Assembly: GCA_951406725.2 (NCBI GenBank)
Contig: OX597815.1
Location: forward strand, 124,310,001 to 124,374,000
DNA length: 64,000 nucleotides
Origin: Octopus vulgaris
Taxonomy: Eukaryota
Direction of reading: 5' to 3'
Shown here piece after piece: positions 43,370 through 55,621 of this stretch (positions within the stretch are counted from its first letter, which is position 1; each line of letters begins with the position of its first letter). The notes beneath the pieces are model-generated. The model worked only from the letters and a program-made list of their open reading frames with translations, had not been told where the DNA came from and did not search any database. The position numbers and the translations under genes were made by a program.

Positions 43370-43770
43370 AGCCAAACAAGGAAGCTTGAAGAAAATATCA
43401 AGACTGTGGCAAGAAAAACCATTGCATGGGTATATACCCCAAACTACCTGGGGAAACTGATGTAGATATGAGAAGAAGCCATCAGTGGCAGCAGAGTGTT
43501 GATTTGAATGCCGAAACAGAAGGATTTATCCTAGCGGCACAAGATCAGGGTCTTCTCACTCGGAACTATCAAGCACACACAATGAGGTTGACACAAAGTG
43601 TAGACTCTGCAATGAAAAACATCCCTGTTGTTGTAGTTTCCCTGGGAATGATCAAGAAAAGTACTGAAAAACGTTTTGACCAGATCCCTGCGAAATCAAC
43701 AATTTATGAGACACAAAAATTTGTGTTGATATAAACCACCCACGTTCTTAGGAAGTTTCTCTCCATCTAA
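43370..43770 (+). mobile_element. Internally deleted R4/Dong-type LINE 3' fragment
   Basis: WQEKPLHG..ETEGFILAAQDQGLLTRNY is joined directly to IPVVVVSLGMIKK, so the REL core is deleted. Confidence 0.7.
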
Positions 43771-43775
43771 TATAT

Positions 43776-44840
43776 AAGTGGGAAATACGAAGGTTGTGGT
43801 CAATGAAGAGAGTAGACGTACTAGAGGTCAAGGAGGTAATGAAAACGGAAATGAAGGAGCAACTGAGGACGGAGTATTTACGAAGACTCAGGTTGGTGCT
43901 GCGCTCAAAATCGAGTGGATGGAATAAAATCCAAGCAGTTAATACATGGGCGGTAGCATCTCTTCGCTATGGAGCGGGAATTAAAAAATGGCAAAAAGAG
44001 AGAAATGAAGAAAATGGATACCAAGACCAAAAAAAAAAAAAATGTTGACAGTACGGAGGCTTCCACCCTAAGAGTGACACCGATAGGCTGTACTTGTCCA
44101 GAAGAAAGAGGGGTGTAGGTTTGATCAGTTGCCAGGATTGTATTGAAGCAGAGGAAAACAGCCTAAGGTGGTATATAAAAATGCCGTAGAGCCACTGTTG
44201 AAACACACGAAGACGGCTAGTGTCATCAAAACTGAAAATTGTATAGCGAATGCCCGAAATTGGCACAACGCGAATACAAATGACACCATGACAATGTGAC
44301 AAGAATGATCCATTGTGAGCTCTGTGGAAATGACGGCCTACAAAGAGCAAAGACGTGGTATGAGAAAACTCCAGAAGGAGTTACCGAAAATGAGAATTGC
44401 AAAATCCCGTGGAAGGCAATGATCCAGTGCAATCACTTGACCAGACATCGGAAACCGGGCATTGCTGTGGTGAATAAAAAACAAAGAACGTATACGTTAA
44501 TCGACATAGCATGCCCCTATGACAACAGGATGAATGTGAAAGACGAAAACTAAACAACTATGTCGATTTAAAGTGGGAAATACGAATGTTGTGGTCAATG
44601 AAGAGAGTAGACATGATACCAATAGCAATTGATGTATTTGGAAGTATCAGCACTCAACTACTAACATGACTGAAAGTGTGAAGGTAGAACAACGACAAAA
44701 ATCAGCATTGCTTGGAACTGCAAGAATTCTTCGCAGGGCTGTTAAAGCATGACCAGTAAAACAAGTGGCACATCAGTCTGCTGGCTGCAGACAGCAGTCA
44801 CTTACAATTATACCCATCAAAATAAACTGTGAGTTTTTAA
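43776..44840 (+). mobile_element. Decayed R4/Dong-type LINE 3' fragment ending in a (TAA)n tail
   Basis: EYLRRLRLVLRSK..NKIQAVNTWAVASLRYGAG, HPKSDTDRLYLSRRKRG and WYEKTPEGVTENE..RKPGIAVV..LIDIACPYD, followed by a (TAA)n tract at 44850-44958. Confidence 0.82.
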
Positions 44841-44850
44841 TATGATGATG

Positions 44851-45500
<650 letters not shown>

Positions 45501-45574
45501 AATCATGCCTGTTTGCTTCCAGGCTCGTGTAGAAAGAGAGAGAAAAATACAATTCCTTAAAATTTTAAATAAGA

Positions 45575-45848
45575 ATTTAGAGCCTGCGGACAGTAAAGGC
45601 CGTTCCTATAGTAATTGCTGTGTTGGGAACAATAAGCCAAGATATAGACAAATGGCTGAATGAGAACGAAATAGAATGCCAGGTAGAGCTCTTACAGAAA
45701 GTTCGTCTCTTAGGGATAGCAAGGATTATCATAGGGTTCGAAGCACTTGGAAGACTGCCGAAAACTTGTGGGTACCTAAAGTTACATGTAGTAACCCACT
45801 CTCCACACGATTCCTACCAGGAATAAGACCGAACCTGAGCTAAACCAA

Positions 45849-45850
<2 letters not shown>
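45575..45850 (+). mobile_element. R4/Dong-type LINE extreme 3' fragment
   Basis: VPIVIAVLGTISQDIDKWL..ELLQKVRLLGIARII, followed by (TAA)n. Confidence 0.65.
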
Positions 45851-45947
<97 letters not shown>

Positions 45948-45959
45948 CTATGAGTACTA

Positions 45960-46600
45960 ACTACAGACATGAAAACGAAAATTGAGGAGTACCATCAGAA
46001 AGGTGGGGAAGCTAATGAAGTCAAAGGCAAATGGTCCGAATCTAGTGAAGACTGTAAATACTTCGACAGTATCATTACTTGGATTCCCAAAAACTTTTGT
46101 AGATTGGATAAAAACTGAATTATCGAAGCTAGACAGAAGAACTAAGAAGCAATTAAATATGAATGGAGGACTTCACTCAAAGGCAGGTGTAGCAAGATTA
46201 TACCTACCTAGAAAGGAAGGCGGAAGAGGGTTAATAACAGTAGAAGGCTGTGTGGAGTTAGCTAAAGTAGATATTAAATCCTATGTAGGTAATAGTGAAG
46301 AAAGTTTATTAAAAGCTGCTTGAGTCACAGCAAGACACAGGGAAGCCAAAAACCCAAACGTACTTAAAAATCAGGAAAAAGAACAGAAATGACTGGTAGG
46401 GGAAGGCATTGTGCGGTAGATTCCCAAAGATAGTTGCAGCAAATAGTAGTAGTGAGACATGGTTATGGTTGCAGAAAGGAAAGCTCAAGAGGGAGACAGG
46501 AGGTTTGTTAGTAGCTGCGCAAGATCAAGCATTAAGAACTAATTGGATAAAAGCCAAGACAGACAAAAACCAAGTAGATATCATTTTTTTAATTTGCATA
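45960..46600 (+). mobile_element. R4/Dong-type LINE fragment (RT C-terminus)
   Basis: NLVKTVNT..LDRRTKKQLNMNGGLHSKAGVARLYLPRKEGGRGL and WLWLQKGKLKRETGGLLVAAQDQALRTN. Confidence 0.8.
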
Positions 46601-47622
46601 CAAGAAAGAATTAAACACTAGTGAATGCCACATATGCAACCTAAATGGTTTACTCTTGCAGTAGCACTTATGTAGCAATCATGCCAGCAGAGATATATGT
46701 TAGTGTTGAAGTAGCTAGTAAATTTCGGAAATTACTTAGTAATGTAATCTGCAGCTTATGTTACCTAGGAAGTAATTAAAGGTTTTGTAATACAAATATG
46801 GTAGAGATCTTTTTAAAGTCATATGTAGGCATCAGTAAGCATTATTTTATATAATTTCATCCACATATACTGAGATGCTATGTATTTTCAATTTTAAAAT
46901 CCATAGAAATAAAAAAAAGATTTGTTTCGTATAAATAATGTTTTCTAATTTAGGCACAAATCCAGATATTTTGATGGAAAGGCATTAGTCAATACCATCA
47001 ACCCCAGTATATGACTGGTACTTTATTTTATCGATATTTCTTCTTAAAATTATTTTTACAAAAAATTATCACCTAACATTAATCCCTGTAAAAAGACTCG
47101 TTTAAAATTATTCATTTACGTATTTGTATTTTGCCTTTATGATGGCACGAGTCTCACTGGTTTGGGTCCTGAGCACACGATCGTAAAACATAAGTTATAT
47201 TCCTGGAGTGGGCATGCATTGTATTTTTTAGCAAGGTCCTTCATTTCACGTTGTTCCAGTCTTTATAAATTGAAATATCAACCTAGTTAGTACCAATGTT
47301 AGCCTCTCTCACTCCAGCTTCCTGATCTTTAATGTTCAGCTGGGTGAAGGAGTGGGAGGGCCAAGTGGGTGTTAATTCCTGCTCCTGACTACACAGGGTA
47401 CAAAATCAATTAGTGAAAACATGTCACGTGCTACTAGCCATGGTTTATACTTTTGATTATTTAGTCATTATAAATTTATTTATTCACTTATTGAATTTTC
47501 ATTTTTCCCTGTTATCCTAGTTATACGTATTGAATCTGTCATTTCAGCCCGCTGTTTAGTGCTAAATATGTTAAATAGATGGAATTTCAAAAAAAAAAAT
47601 AAAAAATAATGAAAAGTGTGTA

Positions 47623-47831
47623 CTTTTCTACTCTAGACACAAGACCTGAAATTTTTGGGGAGGGGGCCAGTCGATTAGATCGACTCCACTACTCAGCTAG
47701 TACTTAATTTATCGACCCCAAAAGGATGAAAGGTCGACCTCAACGGAATTTGAACACAGGACGTAAAGACAGATGAAATACCGCTTAGCATTTCACCCGG
47801 TGTGCTAACGTTTCTGCCAGCTCCGTGCCCT
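47623..47831 (-). mobile_element. tRNA-derived SINE, full length
   Basis: Complete family motif set. Confidence 0.85.
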
Positions 47832-48329
47832 ATGTGAATTTAATATAGTTACAGGTCTGGCCTAGAGGAAGCCTAGAAGAAAACTATAATTTTAATCTAG
47901 TATTTCACATTCATATCAATTAGGCAACGGAAAACGTCGGGAATGAAGTATAGTTGGACTGTGCGCAGGGCAATAGTTAACCTTAATCAGCCTTAATCAG
48001 GCTTGATACAGGGATATATACATAGCTAGGTGATCTCTCTCTTTCTCATTACGCCGATATGTACACCTAATCATGCATTTTATCACACATATATATGTGC
48101 ATATTCACAAGCTTACCCCCCCACACACACACTCTCTCTCTCACATACCCACACGTTATATATCTGCACATGCACGCAGTCAGGTGTGTGTGTTTGTGTG
48201 TGAAAATACATACACATGCATCTGTACACGCACACCTGCACAAAAGAATGTGAGCGGGAACAGTTTTAAAGCAATTTTTATAACTGTTTTATAATAAATC
48301 ATTCATGCATAAAACCTGGAGATCATGCA

Positions 48330-49420
48330 GAAATCCTTCTAGAAATAAATATGGAGGTTCTTAATTTTCTTTATTTTGCTCAATTATTTAGTCAAACTAT
48401 CAGATCGTTTCTTGCAAGAAATGAGATTATCGTTCAGTTCATGTTTCACATTTTCCCAAAGTGGATCAGCATTTATAAATTTTCTTCCAATAATTCTGTA
48501 CCCAATACATGGCCAATTATTTTCTATAGGCCTCAACATAGTTTTCAGGTGCTTTTTCTCTCACAGCTGTTCGATGTTTTTGCGGTATAAACAGGATCAT
48601 TGCCTAGCGGATAAACGAATTCTTTGTTCTTTAACTTGTGAAAATAATATTTGCAGACTAGGAAGTGATCCTCTCTTAAACACTTTTAAGAATTTCCATA
48701 CCAGCAATTTACTGATTAGATATTGTAAGCTTACCAACACCTGTAGTTGAAGATGCACCCCATGTCGCGATTCCCTCTCCCAGTTTCACAGCTGTTGAAA
48801 TAAACTAGGATTGGAAATTCTCACCAGCTGTGTGAAGGCAATATTCTCGATATTCTCTACAAATCTCAAATTTTGATTCATCATTCCAAAGGACTTTCTG
48901 CACAGCAGTTCGAAATGCTGTTACCATATTTGGCCAAAGACTACAACCAGTCCTTAATGTTTTTCTTAAGTAAATAGAAGCATTCTAGAACACCTTTTAG
49001 GGGCAAAACCAACAATCTTCTGATACTGTCCTTCTGGGAAGACGCTGGTTTTCGGTATTTTTTTCTTCTATGTAGAACTAAGAATTTCAGCCTTCTGTCA
49101 TGTATACTTGTATCAGTTATAGACTTTTATTATCCATTGAAGTACAACCAGTTCTCTGGGTGTGCAGATACACCCCCTTTAAAGAAGACAGAGAAATAAG
49201 CATTTCTTCTTCGGTAGCATATGGAATTCAGAATATGTTTTGCTTACTTCATGACGAATGGTAATTTGATTTTTAATAGCAACATCACCATGGAATTAGC
49301 TTTTCTCTGAAGACCTATCTACCACAAAAAAAGAAAGTATAACTTAATCTAGCTATCCAAATTGTAACACAGTATTTTCTCCTAGAATTTACAGCTATTC
49401 TCTGAAACTAGAATATCAGT
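48330..49420 (-). mobile_element. Tc1-family transposase fossil
   Basis: Minus strand shows QKVLWNDESKFE (~48865-48900) and WGASSTTGVGKL (~48728-48763), typical Tc1 DDE-domain motifs, with many stops. Confidence 0.75.
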
Positions 49421-49823
49421 AGTAAGATTTATATTGAATTTTATAAAAAAAAAGACAACAAAAAACAAAAATATATATAATATCCTGCAGTTTAAGTATC
49501 AAATCCCGCCGAGGTTTAGTGCGCCTTTCATCCTTTCATGGTCGAGAAATATATAAATAAATAAATAGATAAATAAATAAATAAAATCCATCCAGAATGG
49601 TGGAATGGCAGAGCTGTTAGTGTCAGACCTGGTACCAATGCAAGCATTATCGGCCTTTTCCAGTACGCTTTCCTTCCGATAAACTCTGGTATAAAGAGAA
49701 AGAAGACGTGCATGCATAGGCAACTGCCAGTCTTTCTCAAAAACATGCCTGATCATTCCACGCAGATGGGGACCTTGTATACATACATACATACATACAT
49801 ACATACATACATACATACATACA

Positions 49824-49854
<31 letters not shown>

Positions 49855-50161
49855 GCACTCGTCCAAAGGTCCTACCCATCTTGTTTAGAGTAAGGACAAT
49901 GTACAGCCATAGCTTAGGATTCAGTTAATATCTATCCGAAAAACCTGAGAGATCAACATAGAATGGGGTATATCTTTTCATGGAGAACCTTAACCTTCTT
50001 CCCAAAAAATCTATTTCACAAGAAGCTAAAAGAGAGCAGCAATATCAAGCTCCTAATTTTACTTGTCAACTACTAGAAAACGGCCATTGAAAAGCTGATG
50101 ATACTGAAGGTACTCCATCATGGCCACATCTTTACATCTTTTGCGTTTGAGACGCATGTCA

Positions 50162-50195
<34 letters not shown>

Positions 50196-50198
<3 letters not shown>

Positions 50199-50350
50199 AA
50201 GTTTATAGGGAAAAAAAGACGAAGACAGGTGTGTGAACTACAAGCAAGTGTATTAGTTTGATGCTCGGGGAAAGTGAAAACGTCTTTTACGTTTCGAGCC
50301 TACACTCTTCAACAGAAAGGATTAAGAGAAAATAAACAAAGATGTAAAAA
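50196..50350 (-). mobile_element. Penelope-like element terminal fragment carrying a degenerate hammerhead
   Basis: Abuts (TA)n at 50164-50195 and has a similar layout to 52330-52540. Confidence 0.4.
50284..50319 (-). ncRNA. Degenerate minimal hammerhead ribozyme motif (Penelope-associated variant)
   Basis: Minus strand reads CUUU-CUGUUGA-A-GAGU-GUAG-GCUC-GAAA-CG-UA-AAAG. Same architecture as 52432-52468, but the core is CUGUUGA instead of CUGANGA. Confidence 0.5.
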
Positions 50351-51669
50351 TTGACACGCATATGTTATTAATGCTGCAAACATTATCTATGTAGGATTCA
50401 ATAATGCATTGCAATCAGCTGCCTGGCGAAAATCCATCAAACTGTCATTTTGGACATGACAAATGCACACACTCACGCAAACATAGACACGCGCGCACAT
50501 ACAAGACTCATGCACATATAGTAGACACACACACACACATACACACGCACACACACAAACATACACATACACACACACGGATGTGTTTGTTTATGTGCGT
50601 GTGTACTCCAGCCCCACTGTGATGTTATCGTTGCCCAGCGTGTAATTATATGTATTTGCCAGTGTGTATGTGTGTGTGTATATATATACTCCTACACTAT
50701 AATTACACGAACAGTCAGGGTATATTCATATCATTTATGCATTCCTGGAGGAATTCATATAAACCAGCGTATTTATAGTCATAGACTCATGTACATACGC
50801 AGACAAGTCATATTTAAACGTACACAATCCACTAAATCTATGTATGATACTATAATACGTAAAGCCTACCTGAAAGAATGTGCTACACGAGAGTGAGTAT
50901 TCTGTCACTAGAAAGGGGATAGTTTCTTTTTGTGCCTCCTCATACATACACACACACTTTCCCTCTCTTACACACACACATAAACAGACGCATACATGCA
51001 CGTGCACACACAAAACACACACACACACACACATTTTCTCTTTTCCTCTCAGTGTTCCATTAGTCTATCTATTAGTTCTCTCGTTTTGTTAAAGGTCGAC
51101 CTGCATAATAGTGTTCGACGTATAAGTTATTAGCTACAAGTTGAGAACAACTAAAAAGTTCCCGAGAAGTGAAAGAGAGTGAGCGTGAGAGGAGAAAGAA
51201 TGAGCGTGTGTGTGTGTGTGTGTGTAGTGTGATGAAATTGTGCATCTTTCATAAAGAAATATAAACCCCCTAATAGGTAACATGCGGTCGTCCTGTTTAC
51301 CTTTGCTACCGTTAAACTGTTTACATAAGCATTAGGTAATTGTTATATGGAAGCGAAGACAGTGTAAATGCTATCATCTTAATCCAAGCCCCATCAGAAA
51401 TATTGTGCGTGCCGATTTTCCAAGAGGAACTAATTCAGATTCAGTTCAATCAAAGGTATCTCTCTGTCTCTCTCCCTCTTACACCCCCCCTCTCTCTCTC
51501 TCTCTCTCTCTCCTTCTCTGTAGCTTTGCCTACAAAATAACATCAGGACCTTTCTGCTTTTTTCTTTTTTCTTTTCTTGGTGTATGTTTGTATGAGTGAG
51601 TGAGGGAGAAAGAGAAAGGTATCTGTTATTCATAGCTTTTCACATCTGATGTTATGAACCCTAAATATT

Positions 51670-51882
51670 CTTTTCTACTCTAGGCACAAGGCCCAAAATT
51701 ATGGAGGAGGGGGCCAGTCGATTAGATCGACCGCAGTACCCAACAGGTACTTAATTTATCGACCAGAAAGAATGAAAGGCAAAGTCGACCTCGGCAGAAT
51801 TTGAACTTAGAAGGTAGATATAGACGAAATACTGCTCTGCATTTCGCTCGGCGTGCTAACGTTTCTGCCAGCTCGCCGCCTT
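51670..51882 (-). mobile_element. tRNA-derived SINE, full length, with target-site duplication
   Basis: Flanked by TGAACCCTAAATATT (51655-51669) and TGAAGCCTAAATATT (51883-51897). Confidence 0.88.
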
Positions 51883-52183
51883 TGAAGCCTAAATATTACA
51901 AAGGTATAAAGTTATGCATGAGAACACGCACACATGCAAGCACACACACACATGCACACACACACACACACTCACACACGCACGCGCGTTGTTTAAGAGT
52001 GAACAGGCACATTGTTAGTGGAAACACGAACTCCAGACCACAACAGTGACAGCGGACGATGGCATGTGTGTGTATGTGCATGTTATCATGCATACATAAA
52101 TATATATGCACACACACATACATATATATATTACATATATACAAATATATACATACATGATTATGCATATAAATATACATACC

Positions 52184-52231
<48 letters not shown>

Positions 52232-52252
52232 CATACATACATACAGACATAC

Positions 52253-52308
<56 letters not shown>

Positions 52309-52329
52309 GTGTGTATATATATATATATA

Positions 52330-52540
52330 GTTAATACCCAAAAACAAGGAAAGAACACAAGAAAAAACAACAACGCGGGGACGTGATACATGCATAGTAT
52401 TAATAAGACGATTACGGAAGGAAAGAAAGGGTGCTTTACGTTTCGAGCAAAGCTCTTCTTCAGAAACAGGTGACAGAGGAAAGACCAAGACAAGATAAAG
52501 ACGGAGGAAAAATATCGCCAACAATCCACATGTAGTTATA
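52330..52540 (-). mobile_element. Penelope-like element terminal (pLTR-type) fragment carrying a hammerhead
   Basis: Abuts (TA)n and contains the hammerhead. Its layout parallels 50196-50350. No RT or GIY-YIG coding sequence is visible. Confidence 0.45.
52432..52468 (-). ncRNA. Minimal type-I hammerhead ribozyme motif (Penelope-associated variant)
   Basis: Minus strand reads UGUUU-CUGAAGA-A-GAGC-UUU-GCUC-GAAA-CG-UA-AAGCA. It has an intact CUGANGA/GAAA core, a 4-bp stem II, a 5-bp stem I (one G-U) and a palindromic ACGU in place of stem III. Confidence 0.7.
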
Positions 52541-52639
52541 TTTTCCGACTGGCTATGGAGTGCCTAATCCACGGAATTCTTTCTACTATCGGATTAAATT
52601 ACCTTATTCATTCGGAGTCCGCCATTTCCGCACCTTATT

Positions 52640-52829
52640 TATACATACATACATACATACATACATACATACATACATACATACATACATACATACATAC
52701 AAATATACACATATATATACATAGATACATACATTTATATATGTATACATACATATACATATATATATATATATATGCATGCATGTATATATATATATAT
52801 ATGCATGTATACATAGATATACGTATATA

Positions 52830-52881
<52 letters not shown>

Positions 52882-53063
52882 AATATACATATATATATCT
52901 ATATGTATATATATACATATATACATACATATATATATATATACGTATATATACATATATATACATGTACATACACACACATATACACATATATAAATAT
53001 GTATAAATATCGTGATATATAGGGGTGGAATTATATTATACCTAGCTTAGAAACTTATAATTG

Positions 53064-53103
<40 letters not shown>

Positions 53104-53191
53104 ATTTATATATATTGATACACACACACGCACATATATATAGAGATGCGAGGGAGGGAGAAACTTATGTACATATATTTATGTGTATACA

Positions 53192-53231
<40 letters not shown>

Positions 53232-53267
53232 TATATATGTATGTATGTATATATATATATATATATA

Positions 53268-53327
<60 letters not shown>

Positions 53328-53344
53328 CATATATATACATATAC

Positions 53345-53425
<81 letters not shown>

Positions 53426-53475
53426 CGTGTGTGTGTGTGTATAGACGGATATACATGTACATGAATAATATATAT
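52640..53475. repeat. Long (TA)n/(CATA)n compound microsatellite at the start of intron 1
   Basis: Directly visible; it ends ~15 bp from the putative exon-1 donor. Confidence 0.95.
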
Positions 53476-53489
53476 GAATGAAAACTTAC

Positions 53490-53568
53490 GTGACAGGTAA
53501 AAAAGGCAAATTAAAATCCATCTCGGCGACGGCAGCAGAGGTATAGTCCGACTTCTTAACTCTATCAT
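53490..53568 (-). CDS. COL18A1: Probable first coding exon (signal peptide) of the multiplexin gene
   Basis: ATG at 53568 (A at -3) reads [26 protein letters not shown] plus 1 nt, then a consensus donor CAC|GTAAGT. Its phase 1 matches the phase-1 acceptor at 14726. Splicing gives ...[27 protein letters not shown], a basic n-region followed by a hydrophobic h-region. It sits in a non-repetitive, relatively GC-rich island between microsatellites. Confidence 0.7.
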
Positions 53569-53617
53569 CTTACACGTACTTCTTCGGACATGCCAGGCAC
53601 AACAGATAACGGGGAGG

Positions 53618-53692
<75 letters not shown>
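53618..53692. repeat. (GATA)n microsatellite just upstream of the putative start codon
   Basis: Directly visible. Confidence 0.95.
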
Positions 53693-53693
<1 letters not shown>

Positions 53694-53699
53694 CTTACA

Positions 53700-54030
53700 G
53701 ACGGATGAACTGACTGACTAGAAAGGACGGATGGAAAAAGAAAGTATGAATAAAGAGTTCGATAAATGAAATGAGAGATAGAATGAGAGAGAATGAGAAA
53801 TAAAGTACTAGAAACAAATAAATAGGTAAAAAGATCCGAGAGAAAACGCAGCCGTTGGGTTTAATAGAGGAGCACGGAACTGCGGGACTGCGTTAAATGC
53901 TCCTTGCTGTTTTCTGCTTTTAAGTTTTGTTGAGTGAGCCAGTTGACTACTACCGCTACTCTCCCACTGGTAGATTACGGAACCGCATACAGAATGAGGC
54001 CGTCCTGTTTTGTTGTACAGGCGTGTTACT
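53700..54030 (-). promoter_or_regulatory. Candidate promoter/5'UTR region of the multiplexin gene
   Basis: Unique, relatively GC/CpG-rich sequence just upstream of the putative first exon, with TATTAAA on the minus strand near 53861-53867. Inferred from position only. Confidence 0.3.
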
Positions 54031-54324
54031 TGTGTAGCGATGTATTTCCTCAATGAAGTGTGTGCGTGAGTGAGTGAGTGTGAGTGTTTGCAACTACTTG
54101 TAAACGTATGTGCATTTATCAACACATGGTTAAACTATGTTTCAAAGTTTTTTTTTTTAGTTATACACGCACATATACATACGAACACAATACATGTTTA
54201 TTCATACATTCCCATACATGTAAGCTCATGCATAAGTAAATACACATGTTCATACGTATATTTACATATATATATGTATACATTCGTTCCAATACGAATG
54301 CTTTTAAGTACATATACATACACG

Positions 54325-54405
54325 CACACACACAGAGTTCCAAACAGGTGCAAGAATAGACACACACACACAGAGTTCCAAACAGGTGCAAAAATAGACA
54401 CACAC
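54325..54405. repeat. 38-bp tandem duplication containing a CAGGTG E-box
   Basis: CAGAGTTCCAAACAGGTGCAA(G/A)AATAGACACACAC at 54333 and 54371. Confidence 0.85.
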
Positions 54406-54860
54406 GCGTAAATACCCAAACAAATATTTAGTGCCAATGCATGTGCATATAACTGTGTACGTGTGGCAGAATGTTACCTGACCCTAATCCTTCCACCTGA
54501 TGTTCACTACTATTTGGAAATAGGGGTGGAATAATAACGGGACATGAGATCTACACGGCCTTTACACCCCGACACCTCATTTCCCATCTGCGTTATCACC
54601 AACACGTCCCCTGCCATTTACTCAGCTCACCCTTATGACGTATTGTCGCCTGTAACTCCACCACCCACACCATACTGCTAGACATTGTCATCACCTCTAC
54701 CAATACTACCAAAGAAGCCTCTGTGTGAGCGAATAGCCGATTAAAAATAACAGCTAAATTCACTGAAATTATAACCTGCAAGCAAAAAAAAAAAAAAAAA
54801 ATGCCGGGTCTATCACGGCTGGAGTGTTTTTGAGCTGCTGGATCTGAGATGTGTTGGAGA

Positions 54861-54904
<44 letters not shown>

Positions 54905-55565
54905 TTGCGACGACCGCAACACAACTAATTCAAGCGTTTGAACAACCAGCGCCACTGACAACAAAAACCCCTAACCACTACCACACTCTGAGCTCATCTC
55001 TACCACCGATATAATTCCACTACCGCCAACATTGTCAGTATTACAACTAGCATCACTACCATTCTACCCTTACGTTTTCTTCTTCTCCACGTCACCACTA
55101 TCTCCACCACCATCACCACCATAGCCAACAACAGCAACAAAACACTATTATCATGCTACTTCTTCAGTACCACCACTGTTACGTATAGACGGCTACCACC
55201 ATCTCTATACCACCAAAGATTACCTACCATCTAAATGTTATTCTTACCGTCTTACGTCCAGCTTACATTTTCTCAGTTACAATTATTATTAATTCACTAA
55301 CCTTCCTCGTTGGCTCAACGCGGAAGCCTCTACGTGGGCTATGGTCAATTAGAAATAGCAACCAAATTTCCTTTTCAACATTTACTATTTTAAATTATGG
55401 AAGGCCGTATTTTCTGATGAGGTTCTGGGAACAATGTAGATTGTATGATTAAAAAAATGACGGAAGGGACACATCTGGAACATCCTTGATCATATACCTG
55501 CTAGATTAAGACTACCTACAAATGACTAAACAACAACTACAACAACAACAACAACAACAACAACA

Positions 55566-55621
<56 letters not shown>

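Noticed and set aside
52012-53481. Many ORFs rich in YI/HT/CV/MYVC repeats (also elsewhere in the window)
   Set aside because: They are translations of (TA)n, (CA)n and (TATG)n microsatellites, not proteins.
54596-54800. Strong-looking minus-strand acceptor (T-tract + GCAG) with a 61-aa ORF
   Set aside because: The peptide has no recognisable features and a poly-A run explains the signal. A non-coding exon cannot be excluded.
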